Shown here one piece after another: positions 1-9,745 of a DNA stretch of 64,000 nucleotides. How positions within the stretch are numbered: position 1 is the stretch's first letter; each line of letters starts with the position of its first letter. A program made the translations under genes and the position numbers. Source of the DNA: Candidatus Moraniibacteriota bacterium (lineage in GTDB: Bacteria; Patescibacteriota; Minisyncoccia; Moranbacterales; GWC2-37-73); the NCBI GenBank assembly GCA_035390125.1, contig DAOOTD010000002.1:41908-105907 (forward strand), in the 5' to 3' direction. The notes below the pieces were generated by a model, which saw nothing but the letters and a program-made list of their open reading frames with translations, searched no databases and was not told where the DNA came from.

Positions 1-299
1 ATTCTGTATATAAAAAAGGATTCTGCATTGAAGAAGATGCTCTTTTAATCAAATATTTGAAATCTGAACAACCCTTAAGCCGTATAGGGTTTTCGGTCAG
101 CAAGCATTTTTCCAAGAAAGCCGTATCAAGAAATCGAACAAAAAGAGTGCTCCAAGAAGTTTGTCGATTTTATCTTCCCTCATTAAAAAATGGCTTTGAT
201 ATAGTAATTACCCCAAGACCAAACCAAGAAAGGATTGAATTTAATAAAACAAAGGATATTTTAAATAACATTTTTATAAAAGCTAATTTGTTTAAATAA
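1..299 (+). CDS. rnpA: RNase P protein component, 5'-partial (frame open to window start)
   Basis: Translation ...SRNRTKRVLQEVCRFYL... matches the RnpA basic motif. The frame is open upstream of the TTG at 57 to position 3. yidC and jag follow directly, the classic rnpA-yidC-jag order. Confidence 0.8.
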   Translation, partial: SVYKKGFCIEEDALLIKYLKSEQPLSRIGFSVSKHFSKKAVSRNRTKRVLQEVCRFYLPSLKNGFDIVITPRPNQERIEFNKTKDILNNIFIKANLFK

Positions 300-333
300 T
301 ATTTCTCCAATTGGGAGATTTTGCTAAAACAAA

Positions 334-1059
334 ATGACTATTCTCTTTCATTCACTTATATATCAGCCTCTCTATAATATGCTTATTTTCCTGTATAATA
401 TTGTTCCGGGAAAAGATTTTGGCATATCAATAATCCTTATTACGATACTTCTCAGGATAGTTTTGATCCCTATATATAAAAAACAGATAGAGTCACAGAA
501 AAAAATGCAAGAGTTGCAGCCTAAAATAAAGGAACTGCAAGAAAGAACAAAGGGAAACAAAGAACAACAGACAAAGCAAATGATGGAATTATATAAGGAG
601 CACAAAACAAATCCTTTTTCCGGTTGCCTGCCTCTTATAGTCCAGCTGATTTTCCTCATTGCAATCTATAGGGTTCTGATAACTATTTCAAATAATGGAT
701 TATTAGCAGACACTTCCCAGCTTTATTCTTTTGTTAAAAACCCGGGACAAATAAACCAGTTTTTTATTGGCATAGTTGATCTCACAAAACCAAGTGTTGT
801 AATTGCGGTTTTAGCGGCTATAGCACAGTATTTCCAAACAAAGATGCTGATGAAACAACAACCTAAGGTTGAAAAGAAAAATGATTCTGACAAGCCAGAT
901 TTAGCACAAATGATGAGCAAGCAAATGCTGTATCTTGGTCCAATTATGACTCTTTTCATAGGAATAAAATTTCCCGCAGGACTTTCTCTTTACTGGTTAA
1001 TCGGAACACTATTCATGCTAGTACAGCAGTTTTTGATTGAAAAGAAATCATTACGCTAA
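334..1059 (+). CDS. yidC: membrane protein insertase YidC (short form)
   Basis: Multi-TM protein with YidC/Oxa1 core motifs (GCLPLIVQL..., PAGLSLYWLIGTLFMLVQQ). Synteny with rnpA and jag. Confidence 0.85.
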   Translation: MTILFHSLIYQPLYNMLIFLYNIVPGKDFGISIILITILLRIVLIPIYKKQIESQKKMQELQPKIKELQERTKGNKEQQTKQMMELYKEHKTNPFSGCLPLIVQLIFLIAIYRVLITISNNGLLADTSQLYSFVKNPGQINQFFIGIVDLTKPSVVIAVLAAIAQYFQTKMLMKQQPKVEKKNDSDKPDLAQMMSKQMLYLGPIMTLFIGIKFPAGLSLYWLIGTLFMLVQQFLIEKKSLR

Positions 1060-1080
1060 TTTTTCACAATTTACAAATAT

Positions 1081-1554
1081 ATGGAAGAACAAATAAGCAA
1101 TGACCTCAAAAAAATTATTACGGATTTAATCCAAAAAATGGGTTTTTCTGCTCAGGTTTCTGTTTCAAATTCCAAAGAAAATGACAGCATAATTTGCAAT
1201 CTTTCGACCGACACTGATTCTCATTTTCTCATAGGACAACATGGTACAAATTTACAAGCAATACAACACATTGTCAGGCTTGTTGTAAGAAAAAAAATAT
1301 CAGAAAAAATAAACTTTATTCTTGATGTAAATTCTTATAAACAGCAGAGAAATGAGTCCATAGCAGAACAGGCTCAATCTGCAGCTAAGGAAGCAATAAC
1401 TCAGCATCGCGCAATAATTATGAAACCCATGTCGACATATGAACGCAGGATTGTCCATATGGAGCTTTCAAAAAATCCTAAAGTTTATACAGAAAGCGTT
1501 GGGGAGGGAGATGAGCGAAAAATAATCGTAAAGCCAAAAGATTCTATCGAATAA
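1081..1554 (+). CDS. jag: Jag/KhpB RNA-binding protein (KH + R3H domains)
   Basis: C-terminal R3H-like segment (YERRIVHMELSKNPKVYTESVGEGDERKIIVKP). Position immediately after yidC. Confidence 0.8.
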   Translation: MEEQISNDLKKIITDLIQKMGFSAQVSVSNSKENDSIICNLSTDTDSHFLIGQHGTNLQAIQHIVRLVVRKKISEKINFILDVNSYKQQRNESIAEQAQSAAKEAITQHRAIIMKPMSTYERRIVHMELSKNPKVYTESVGEGDERKIIVKPKDSIE

Positions 1555-1572
1555 TTTTAGTTTCATAATTAA

Positions 1573-2988
1573 ATGGCTATCGCACGAAAAATTGCGTATA
1601 ATGTGGTTTTTAATGTAATTACTAAGATTCTTTCAACTATTCTTGCTTTAGTTGGGATAGCTTTTATTACGCGATACCTTGGAACACAAGGCTTCGGTGA
1701 TTATTCTACTGTTTTAGCTTTTTTTTCGTTTTTTGGTTCAATTGCTGATCTTGGATTGTATTCCATAACTGCGCGCGAGATTTCACGACCTGGCGCTGAT
1801 GAAAAAAAAATATTAGGCAATGCCTTTTCCCTTCGCCTACTTTCTTCTGTTACAGTTTTTATTATTACCCCCTGTATTATTTTTTTCCTTCCTTATTCTC
1901 ATGACGTAAAATTGGGAATATTTATCGCAGCAGCTTCTTTTGTTTTTTCTTCAACCTACATGGTTCTTAATGGCGTCTTCCAGAAAAATCTAGCCATGGA
2001 TAAGGTGGCGGGAGCAGAAGTCCTTGGAAAATTACTACAAATTATAATAATAGTACTGGCCGTTAAGAATGATTTAGGATTTACATCCATTGTTCTGTCC
2101 GTGCTTTTCTCTATGATTTTTAATTTTCTTGCTGTTCTTCTCATGGTAAATAAATATATCCCCCTTAAGCTCCAGTTTGATTTTGCTTATTGGAAAAAAT
2201 TCCTTAAAGAATCCCTGCCTCTTGGAATATCTGTTGCAGTTATATTTATGTATTTTAAAATGGACACAATTATTTTGTCTATACTAAAAACAAATGCAGA
2301 AGTTGGCATATACAACGCGGCTTATAAGGTCATAGAAAATGCTTCATTTTTTCCATCCATGATTACGGGTTTAATGTTTCCCCTGTTTTCTTTGCATATT
2401 TTTTCTGATAAAAAAAGATTTTACTATTTAGCCAATGAAACATTCAAGGTTTTCACTATTCTTATCGTACCTATAGTAGTTGGAACACTATTTCTTTCGG
2501 AGGGAATAATAAACCTTATTGGTGGAGCAGCTTTTTCCCAATCAGCTGGAACTCTACGAATTTTGGTTTTTGCTTTGGCTTTTATTTTTTTTGGAGGATT
2601 GTTCAATAATATCCTGATTGCAAGTAATCATCAAAAGAAAATGCTTTGGGTTTTTGTGGCCTGCGCCTTATTCAACATAATTTTTAATATCATTTTCATA
2701 CCTTTATTTTCTTATACCGCTTCCGCTGTCATATCTTCTTTCACTGAATTTTTTGTAGCCTTGGCAGGATTTGTTCTCACTGCAAAATATGTTGGCTACA
2801 TTCCTTTGGTAAAAAATTTTCCTCAGATATTATTGTCTGGGCTAGCCATGGGTGTTTTTCTTTACCTTTTCAGAAATCAGGGATTTTTCTTACTTGCAAT
2901 ATCAAGCTCTTTTGTATATGCGACATTCCTTTGGATAACTAAAACAATAACCTTTAAAGAATTCTCTGAAATTTTCACTACCAAATAA
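1573..2988 (+). CDS. polysaccharide biosynthesis flippase (MOP/Wzx-like)
   Basis: 471 aa, about 12-14 predicted TM helices, polysaccharide-biosynthesis-protein-like. Followed by glycosyltransferases. Confidence 0.7.
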   Translation: MAIARKIAYNVVFNVITKILSTILALVGIAFITRYLGTQGFGDYSTVLAFFSFFGSIADLGLYSITAREISRPGADEKKILGNAFSLRLLSSVTVFIITPCIIFFLPYSHDVKLGIFIAAASFVFSSTYMVLNGVFQKNLAMDKVAGAEVLGKLLQIIIIVLAVKNDLGFTSIVLSVLFSMIFNFLAVLLMVNKYIPLKLQFDFAYWKKFLKESLPLGISVAVIFMYFKMDTIILSILKTNAEVGIYNAAYKVIENASFFPSMITGLMFPLFSLHIFSDKKRFYYLANETFKVFTILIVPIVVGTLFLSEGIINLIGGAAFSQSAGTLRILVFALAFIFFGGLFNNILIASNHQKKMLWVFVACALFNIIFNIIFIPLFSYTASAVISSFTEFFVALAGFVLTAKYVGYIPLVKNFPQILLSGLAMGVFLYLFRNQGFFLLAISSSFVYATFLWITKTITFKEFSEIFTTK

Positions 2989-3015
2989 AATACTAGGAGA
3001 TGGCAATAATTTATT

Positions 3016-3891
3016 ATGAGCGAAAAAATATATCCAAAAATTTCTGTCATTGTACTTAATTTTAATGGCAAAAAAACTCTCGACAATTGCTTGTCATCGG
3101 TCTTTCATTCTGATTATTCCAATTTTGATGTTGTGGTTGTAGACAATAATTCTGAAGACGGATCACTAGAACAAGCGATGAAACTTTTTTCCCGTGCATA
3201 TTTTATTAAAAACGATGATAATGTTGGTTTTTCCAAGGGAAATAATATTGGAATCCGCTATGCTTTGGAAAAATTTGCCGACTATGTTTTTATTTTGAAT
3301 AATGACACGCTTGTTGAAAAAAATACTCTTTCCTTATTGATTGATGCTATGGAAAATTATCCTTTGGCTGGAATCGGAAGTCCTTTGGTTTTCACTCCTG
3401 ATAACACAAGCATTTGGTTTGCTGGAGGAAATATCCATTGGAAAAAAATGAAAGCCAGTCATTTGCACAAGATAGAATCGGAAGCTCCATATCCGACCGA
3501 ATATATAAGTGGCTGTGCCATGCTTGTCAAAAAGGATGTTTTTAAAAAAATAGGCCTTTTTGATGAAAGATTTTTTCTTTATTACGAAGATGCTGACTTT
3601 TCTTTTAGAACAAAAGAGGCTGGCTTTAAATTAATAATTATTCCTTCAGCACATATAAGGCATTTTGAGCAAAGCAATGCAATTAATAAAATGAAGGCTT
3701 ATTGGCTAGTTTTATCTGGTCTTATTTTTTTTCGCACTCATTCTTCTTTCTTGAATAAGCTTTGGATCTTTTTTGTATATATTCCGCTCAGAAAATTGAA
3801 AAATTACTACGACGTGTGTTTCGGAAAAAATAATGTTGCGCGTGATGTGCAAAAAGCTTATAAAGATTTTAAAAATGCTTTTAAAAAGTAA
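3016..3891 (+). CDS. glycosyltransferase family 2
   Basis: N-terminal GT-A signature (ISVIVLNFNG...VVVDNNSEDGS) and a DxD-type region (YYEDADF). Confidence 0.8.
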   Translation: MSEKIYPKISVIVLNFNGKKTLDNCLSSVFHSDYSNFDVVVVDNNSEDGSLEQAMKLFSRAYFIKNDDNVGFSKGNNIGIRYALEKFADYVFILNNDTLVEKNTLSLLIDAMENYPLAGIGSPLVFTPDNTSIWFAGGNIHWKKMKASHLHKIESEAPYPTEYISGCAMLVKKDVFKKIGLFDERFFLYYEDADFSFRTKEAGFKLIIIPSAHIRHFEQSNAINKMKAYWLVLSGLIFFRTHSSFLNKLWIFFVYIPLRKLKNYYDVCFGKNNVARDVQKAYKDFKNAFKK

Positions 3892-4670
3892 TGGATGTCT
3901 CTTTTATTATTATTAATTATAGGAGCAGGAATTTTTTAGAAAATTGTATAAAATCCATATTTAAATATGCCACAAATTTTTCCTTTGAGGTTATTATAAT
4001 AAACAACGATAGAGAAGCATTAGAAAAAATCTTAGATTCATATGATTTAAAAATAGTGGAAAATAATTTAAACAAGGGCTTTTCTCACGCTTCAAATCTG
4101 GGAGCTGAAAAAGCGACAGGCAAAATATTGTTTTTTTTAAACGCTGATACTGAACTCACGGATTATAACATCATTGACATTAAGAATTCTTTCAATGATC
4201 CACTTATTGGTGCAGCTGCGCCAAAGCTAATATTGCCGAATGGGCATCCTCAGTCTTGGGGGGCTGGTTATGAAATAACTTTTTGGGATATCATTAAAAA
4301 CAATTTAGGATACATAAAAAGCAAAGCTGTTTGGTTTAAACAAGAAATCAGTGAGGTTGATTGGGCAAGTGGAGCTGCTTTAGCTGTTTCAAAAGAAGTT
4401 TTTGAAAAATGCCATGGGTTTGATGAAAATTTTTTCATGTATTTCGAAGATGTTGATTTGTGCAGACGCATAAGAAATATGGGCAAAAAAATTATACTTT
4501 TCCCAAATGCCCATGTTATCCATAATGGCGGCCAAAGTAAATTAAATGCAAAAAAACAAAAGGAACAATACTATCTGTCACAGGATTACTATTTTAAAAA
4601 GAACTTTGGCACGATTTATTATTTCATGATAAGGACAATCAGAAGTATTTTTTTATTTTTTATAGGATAA
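3891..4670 (+). CDS. glycosyltransferase family 2
   Basis: GT2-like N-terminus (VSFIIINYRS...) with an FEDVDL acidic motif. Start codon overlaps the stop of the previous gene (operon). Confidence 0.75.
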   Translation: MDVSFIIINYRSRNFLENCIKSIFKYATNFSFEVIIINNDREALEKILDSYDLKIVENNLNKGFSHASNLGAEKATGKILFFLNADTELTDYNIIDIKNSFNDPLIGAAAPKLILPNGHPQSWGAGYEITFWDIIKNNLGYIKSKAVWFKQEISEVDWASGAALAVSKEVFEKCHGFDENFFMYFEDVDLCRRIRNMGKKIILFPNAHVIHNGGQSKLNAKKQKEQYYLSQDYYFKKNFGTIYYFMIRTIRSIFLFFIG

Positions 4671-4680
4671 TCTTTGTCTC

Positions 4681-5934
4681 ATGTTTTATAAAATTTTTCT
4701 GATTTTTTGCGCATTTTTGCCGTTTCAATTTGCTCTAAACCCGCTGGAAGGAGTCGATTTAGCCGTGTCCAGAATAATCATACCTTTGCTGTTTATTTTT
4801 TGGATAATCATTTCAATAAAGAACAAATATCCACTGATTATAAAAAATAAAATAACTTACTCTCTTGTTCTTTTTGCTTTACTTGCTGTCATTTCTCTTT
4901 GTTTTTCTCAAAAAATAAGCTGGTCATTGAAAAAATTAATGTTTCTTTTTTCTTTGATGCCTGTTTATTTTATTGCTGCCCACCTATTTTATGAAAAATA
5001 CCGACAACGTAAAATAATCATTGCTCTTGTTGCTGGTGCAGGTATTATTTCCCTTTTTGGACTCTTCCAGTTTGCTTCTCAATTTATTTTTGGAATAGAT
5101 TTTGTTTATTCGTTTTTAGCAGAAAAGATTGCTCCATTTTTTCTCGGAAATTCGTTCTCGAAAGAAGTTCTTTCTTATCCCAGCTGGCTAGTCAACAGTG
5201 ACGGATCTACCTATATGCGTACAATTGCAAACTTTCCCGATCCACATATGTTTTCCTATTATCTTGAAATGCTTATGCCTTGGTCCCTGGTTCTTTGGGC
5301 GACAGCAACTAAATATAAAAAAGCTTTTCTTCTTATTTTTGTTTCGATATTACTGGCTGATATTTTTACTTTTACGCGCGGAAGTTATGTCGCCATCATT
5401 GCTGGCACATTGACGACTTTGCCTTTAGTCTCCAGGCGTGTGGTTAAAAAATTATTGGCTGGAGTTTTGTTTTTTGTCTTATTAATCATGCTTGTTCCGC
5501 ATAACCCAGTTGCTGGCAGACTCATATCAACTTTTGACGTGCAAGAAGGTTCCAATAAAGCAAGAATTTCCAACTGGCAACAAGCATTGGAAATTATAAC
5601 AGAAAAACCCTTGGGAGTAGGTATAGGAGCCTATTCGCTTGAAATCAAGCCAGATGCTGATTATCGCGAGCCTATTTATGCCCACAATTTATACCTGGAT
5701 ATAGCCAGCGAACTTGGTGTTTTGGCGACAGGTGTTTTTCTTTTTCTTTTGCTTTATGTTTTTATTGTTTTTTGGAAAAATGCCAAAAAAAATCCTTTTT
5801 TTATAGCTGGAGTTGCCAGCATAACTATTTTTTCCATTCATTCATTATTTGAAAATCCATTGTTCTCTGTTCATGTCTTAATTCTTTTCTTTATTATTAT
5901 CGCTTTAAGTTCTGCTGTTGAAAAATATGAATAA
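4681..5934 (+). CDS. O-antigen ligase-like (Wzy_C) membrane protein
   Basis: Multi-TM protein. Wzy_C-type motif (EPIYAHNLYLDIASELGVLA) within a large periplasmic loop. Confidence 0.65.
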   Translation: MFYKIFLIFCAFLPFQFALNPLEGVDLAVSRIIIPLLFIFWIIISIKNKYPLIIKNKITYSLVLFALLAVISLCFSQKISWSLKKLMFLFSLMPVYFIAAHLFYEKYRQRKIIIALVAGAGIISLFGLFQFASQFIFGIDFVYSFLAEKIAPFFLGNSFSKEVLSYPSWLVNSDGSTYMRTIANFPDPHMFSYYLEMLMPWSLVLWATATKYKKAFLLIFVSILLADIFTFTRGSYVAIIAGTLTTLPLVSRRVVKKLLAGVLFFVLLIMLVPHNPVAGRLISTFDVQEGSNKARISNWQQALEIITEKPLGVGIGAYSLEIKPDADYREPIYAHNLYLDIASELGVLATGVFLFLLLYVFIVFWKNAKKNPFFIAGVASITIFSIHSLFENPLFSVHVLILFFIIIALSSAVEKYE

Positions 5935-7135
5935 AATACTTTCTATTGAAAATTTTTTCTGCTTGGTTATTTTCAGCCTGCCCTTATATTTGTACCGCTT
6001 AAGCCTTGGAGGAATATCAACCAATCTTTTCGAGATATTAGCGGTTTCAGTTATGTTTTTTTCATTCTTTAAGAGAAAAAAATTATTTATAAATGATTTT
6101 TACGGCCTGCCAAAATATTTTATTGCTTCTGTTGTTCTTGTTGTAACGGGAGTTTTATTTTCAATACTTCTGAATAATTCTTATGCTTCGGGCTTTTCCA
6201 TTTTCAAGAGCTGGTTTATTTTGCCGATTATTTTTTCTTTTATGCTCTATGTTTTTTTGGACTCGGAAATTTTTCTTGAAAAAATATTCATGACAATTTT
6301 TCTTTCTACCGCACTCGTTGGCGCCATAAGCATTGTCTATAAAATATTGGGAATTGTAACTTATGACAATCGCTTGCAATCTTTTTATTTGTCTCCTAAC
6401 TATCTGGCTATGTATATTGCTCCAGGAATATTTTTCGGTTTTTATTTTTTAGCCAAGTCTTTCAGAAAAAATGCGTATGGATACGGTTTTTTTACAAATG
6501 TTTTTTTGCTGTTGCTTGTTTTATCGCCTTTATATTATACCTATTCCTATGGGGCATGGATGGCCGCTTGCACTTCTTTTTTGGTTTTAATAGTACTTGC
6601 TGCAAAAAAAAGGAAGTTTCTGTTTATAGCGATCTTTCTTTTAACTATTGCAGCTGCATTTGTACTTCAGATAAATTCTCCCAAGTTTTTAGATTTGTTT
6701 TCTGAAAGATCATCCTGGGCATCTCGGACTATGGTTTGGAAAGCTTCTGTGCTTATGATTAAACAAAATCCAGTTTGGGGGGTTGGACCAGGAAATTTTC
6801 AGACAAATTATCTTTCTCTTCAGAAATATTTTCCTCCTTATTTACAATGGGCAGTTCCAGAACCTCATAATATTTTCTTGGCTTTTTGGATACAGACTGG
6901 CCTGCTTGGTTTAGCTGGTTTTTTATTTTTATTATTCTATGTTTTCCGAATTCTCTTGGATATTTTAAGAGATAACAAAAAAAATGCAGCTTTTGCTGCA
7001 CCTATTTTTGGTTTTTTTCTTTACACTGTTTTACACGGATTGATAGATACTCCTTACTGGAAAAATGATCTCTCTTTTCTGTTTTGGGTTTGTGTTTTTT
7101 TAACTCTTGTTGTTTATAAAAAATATAAACATTAA
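5918..7135 (+). CDS. O-antigen ligase-like (Wzy_C) membrane protein, paralog
   Basis: Multi-TM protein. Motif VPEPHNIFLAFWIQTGLLGLAGF, the Wzy_C signature. Overlaps the upstream paralog by 17 nt. Confidence 0.65.
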   Translation: MKNMNKILSIENFFCLVIFSLPLYLYRLSLGGISTNLFEILAVSVMFFSFFKRKKLFINDFYGLPKYFIASVVLVVTGVLFSILLNNSYASGFSIFKSWFILPIIFSFMLYVFLDSEIFLEKIFMTIFLSTALVGAISIVYKILGIVTYDNRLQSFYLSPNYLAMYIAPGIFFGFYFLAKSFRKNAYGYGFFTNVFLLLLVLSPLYYTYSYGAWMAACTSFLVLIVLAAKKRKFLFIAIFLLTIAAAFVLQINSPKFLDLFSERSSWASRTMVWKASVLMIKQNPVWGVGPGNFQTNYLSLQKYFPPYLQWAVPEPHNIFLAFWIQTGLLGLAGFLFLLFYVFRILLDILRDNKKNAAFAAPIFGFFLYTVLHGLIDTPYWKNDLSFLFWVCVFLTLVVYKKYKH

Positions 7136-7175
7136 TAACTTTCTTCCACTTTCGTTTTTCATTTTTCTATTTTGT

Positions 7176-8297
7176 TTACATTTCAATTCTGTACAATTTG
7201 CCGTCAATTTTATTTACAAAATAAAGAAAGTCTTCAGTTTTGGAAAGAAATAAATTGCTTGAATCGTATTTTTTGGGAATGTTTGCTGAACTTACCACAC
7301 GCTCTTTCTTGGCTGTAGCAACATCCATTTTCCAAAAAGTATCTTCGGTTGTAAATTTGTTTTCTTGGTAATCGTTTGGCATAACAGCCTTATCGGGTAT
7401 CCCTCCGGGAAGAGCATAATAAATGGTCTTTCCGTCAGATGACCACACACACTTTGAAACCATGGTGGGTATGTTTAAATCATGATACTCGCCACTGCTT
7501 GTTACCAGCCCAAGCGTGGTTATCTTGCTGTTTTCACTAGCCAAGGAACTTACAAGCGCCTGTGTTCCATCCGGAGACCATAAGTAATCCGCTCCATGTT
7601 TCCCCCTAAAAATAGTTTGGGGCTGACCACTGATTGCGTTTACTATTATTAATTGTGATTCTTGCCCTGCGTCAGGATAATTCCAGTAGGAAACATTGGG
7701 AGTTGATGGAACAGCGGACATGGATATTTTTCTGAAATCTATATTGGCAAGCTTCTGCCAGTTTCCTCCGTCCGGATCAGCTATGTTTAAAGATCTTTCC
7801 TTTTTTATCGAGTCATAATATTTATAGAAAATTTTTGCACCTGCATTGTCCCAAACAACTAGGTCGGTGCCATCTTTTAATCTGGTACCCTTTTTGTTTT
7901 GGTGATCATAGGCATAAAAATAAGTCTGCCCATCTTTTTTGAAAGTTGTCAGAACCTTTTTGTGGTCAAGAGACCACAACGCGCCAGCCAGACCATCGAG
8001 CTTGGTCGGGTCTATTTGTTTTTCTCCACTGCCGTTCTCAATCGCTTGCCAAACAGTTCCGTCTTCTGCCGAATAAAAAACTATTGTTCCGTTTTTTTCG
8101 TCAAAAAATGGGCTCATTACTTCCTGATCAGAAACTGATTTTATTTTTTCAGGTATTTTTTGCGGAACCATTTCTTTGTTTTCCTCTGGCTGGACAATTT
8201 TTTCCGGAACATCTTGTTTAAAAGCAAAGTTATATATGCCTAAAAAAAAGAGAATGAATACGAGCAAGGCTGAGGAAAATATAAAAATTTTTTTCAT
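7176..8297 (-). CDS. secreted/anchored protein, beta-propeller-like (TolB/WD40-like repeats)
   Basis: N-terminal TM anchor followed by repeated DG..W/YY beta-strand-rich segments. Last gene of the minus-strand surface cluster. Confidence 0.4.
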   Translation of the reverse strand: MKKIFIFSSALLVFILFFLGIYNFAFKQDVPEKIVQPEENKEMVPQKIPEKIKSVSDQEVMSPFFDEKNGTIVFYSAEDGTVWQAIENGSGEKQIDPTKLDGLAGALWSLDHKKVLTTFKKDGQTYFYAYDHQNKKGTRLKDGTDLVVWDNAGAKIFYKYYDSIKKERSLNIADPDGGNWQKLANIDFRKISMSAVPSTPNVSYWNYPDAGQESQLIIVNAISGQPQTIFRGKHGADYLWSPDGTQALVSSLASENSKITTLGLVTSSGEYHDLNIPTMVSKCVWSSDGKTIYYALPGGIPDKAVMPNDYQENKFTTEDTFWKMDVATAKKERVVSSANIPKKYDSSNLFLSKTEDFLYFVNKIDGKLYRIEM

Positions 8298-8315
8298 AAA
8301 TATTTTGTATTGTTA

Positions 8316-9218
8316 TTAATTGCAAGCTGAAGACATTTTGGGCTTTTCGAAGTGCCAGGGCTCAGAAGCAAGAACGCAAAAACCTTTTTCTTTCATTGCA
8401 TCGATAAGGGGTTTTTGTATTCGTTTGCAATTGCCAATATCTTTTAAACATTGTTTTTGATAAATAACTTGAGCTCCGCCTTTGGCAACCCATATGTCTG
8501 CCGCTGCGCCCACGCAATGTGGACATCTCTTGAGAGAATCTCTTCCGTTTTTTAGTGTGTTGGTTGGTATCCTGCATTGACTTGATCTTTTTGTAGTAGG
8601 ATAACTTCCACAGTTTTGTATCACTAGCGCCTTCTGTTCCTCGAAAGTCCTGATGCCAGAAGTTACTATCGTTTTCACGCCTTTGCTATTAGCATAATCT
8701 AGCGCCTCGATAAACGGCTGGCTAAGTGGCTTGGTGTTGCGTGATTTGCTTTGGGCTATATCTCTTGGTGTCGGCGCTGGTGTTGGTCCAGGAGATATTG
8801 CGTCTTCATCTTCTGCTCCTTCTTCAATAATTACCGGCACAAAAGCTATATTTATATTAGTAAGATCGGGGTTGATGACATATACAATCAGATAAGCTGA
8901 CATGGCCGCCACAATGCCCAGCAGAGAATCAGCAATCAATTGCTTGGCGGTTTCAGCTCTGGCAGTGTTGCCTGCGCTGGTCATATACCAAAATCCGCCT
9001 ATGGTTATCATAAAAAGTCCGGCGATGCCAACTGTCCAGATGCCGAATTTATAGATGGCTAGGATCAGATCCGGAAAACTCTCAACCTTTGCGCCTGCAT
9101 CATAAAAACCAGGAATACCTTGTAGCAGTTTGTATTCCATTATCGCAGCCTGAGTTGTGTTGCTTAGTCCCCAAAAAAGAAAAAGGGCTATGGGGATAAT
9201 TAAAAAAAATTTTTTCAT
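8316..9218 (-). CDS. signal peptide + VirB2/TrbC-like two-helix pilin domain fused to an M15 (VanY-like) D-Ala-D-Ala peptidase domain
   Basis: N-terminus has a signal peptide then two long hydrophobic helices split by a short polar loop (YKFGIWTVGIAGLFMITIGGFWYMTSAGNTARAETAKQLIADSLLGIVAAMSAYLI). The C-terminus carries LAS-family zinc peptidase motifs (HCVGAAADIW and SEPWHFE). Confidence 0.6.
   Translation of the reverse strand: MKKFFLIIPIALFLFWGLSNTTQAAIMEYKLLQGIPGFYDAGAKVESFPDLILAIYKFGIWTVGIAGLFMITIGGFWYMTSAGNTARAETAKQLIADSLLGIVAAMSAYLIVYVINPDLTNINIAFVPVIIEEGAEDEDAISPGPTPAPTPRDIAQSKSRNTKPLSQPFIEALDYANSKGVKTIVTSGIRTFEEQKALVIQNCGSYPTTKRSSQCRIPTNTLKNGRDSLKRCPHCVGAAADIWVAKGGAQVIYQKQCLKDIGNCKRIQKPLIDAMKEKGFCVLASEPWHFEKPKMSSACN
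8889..9078. repeat. 190-bp identical direct repeat, copy 1 (inside the pilin-like domain coding region)
   Basis: Run atcagataagctgacatggccgcc...gatccggaaaa is identical to 9343-9533. Confidence 0.9.
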
Positions 9219-9265
9219 TTTAATTCTTTTGGGTATAATGCAATTCTGTTTTTTATTGATTATTA

Positions 9266-9673
9266 TTACTCTCCGGACTGAAAGGTTCTCTGGATAATAC
9301 TTAGATCAACTTTTGTAAGATCGGGATTGATGATATATAAAATCAGATAAGCTGACATGGCCGCCACAATGCCCAGCAGAGAATCAGCAATCAATTGCTT
9401 GGCGGTTTCAGCTCTGGCAGTGTTGCCTGCGCTGGTCATATACCAAAATCCGCCTATGGTTATCATAAAAAGTCCGGCGATGCCAACTGTCCAGATGCCG
9501 AATTTATAGATGGCTAGGATCAGATCCGGAAAATTATCCACAGTTTCGCCTGCAGCGTAAAAGCCAGGAATCCCTTGCAGTAGATTGTACTTCATTTCTA
9601 CACCATGAACTGCTCTGCCTAAAAATAAAGAGGATAGAAAACTTATTGCTATAATTATTTTTTTTCTTTTCAT
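9266..9673 (-). CDS. VirB2/TrbC-like two-helix pilin-like protein (paralog lacking the peptidase domain)
   Basis: Over 90 percent identical to the N-terminal 110 aa of the 8316-9218 product. Has its own signal peptide. Confidence 0.55.
   Translation of the reverse strand: MKRKKIIIAISFLSSLFLGRAVHGVEMKYNLLQGIPGFYAAGETVDNFPDLILAIYKFGIWTVGIAGLFMITIGGFWYMTSAGNTARAETAKQLIADSLLGIVAAMSAYLILYIINPDLTKVDLSIIQRTFQSGE
9343..9533. repeat. 190-bp identical direct repeat, copy 2
   Basis: Identical to 8889-9078. Flanks diverge immediately outside. Confidence 0.9.
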
Positions 9674-9745
9674 TTTTGTTTTATCTCATAATTATTCTTA
9701 TTGAAATTTTTTAAAACATTTTTAAACAAGCTATCCATTTTGTTT

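Noticed and set aside
372-959. Minus-strand ORFs 372-659 and 723-959 inside yidC.
   Set aside because: They lie antisense to a well-supported conserved gene and have low-complexity Cys/Phe-rich translations typical of AT-rich antisense frames.
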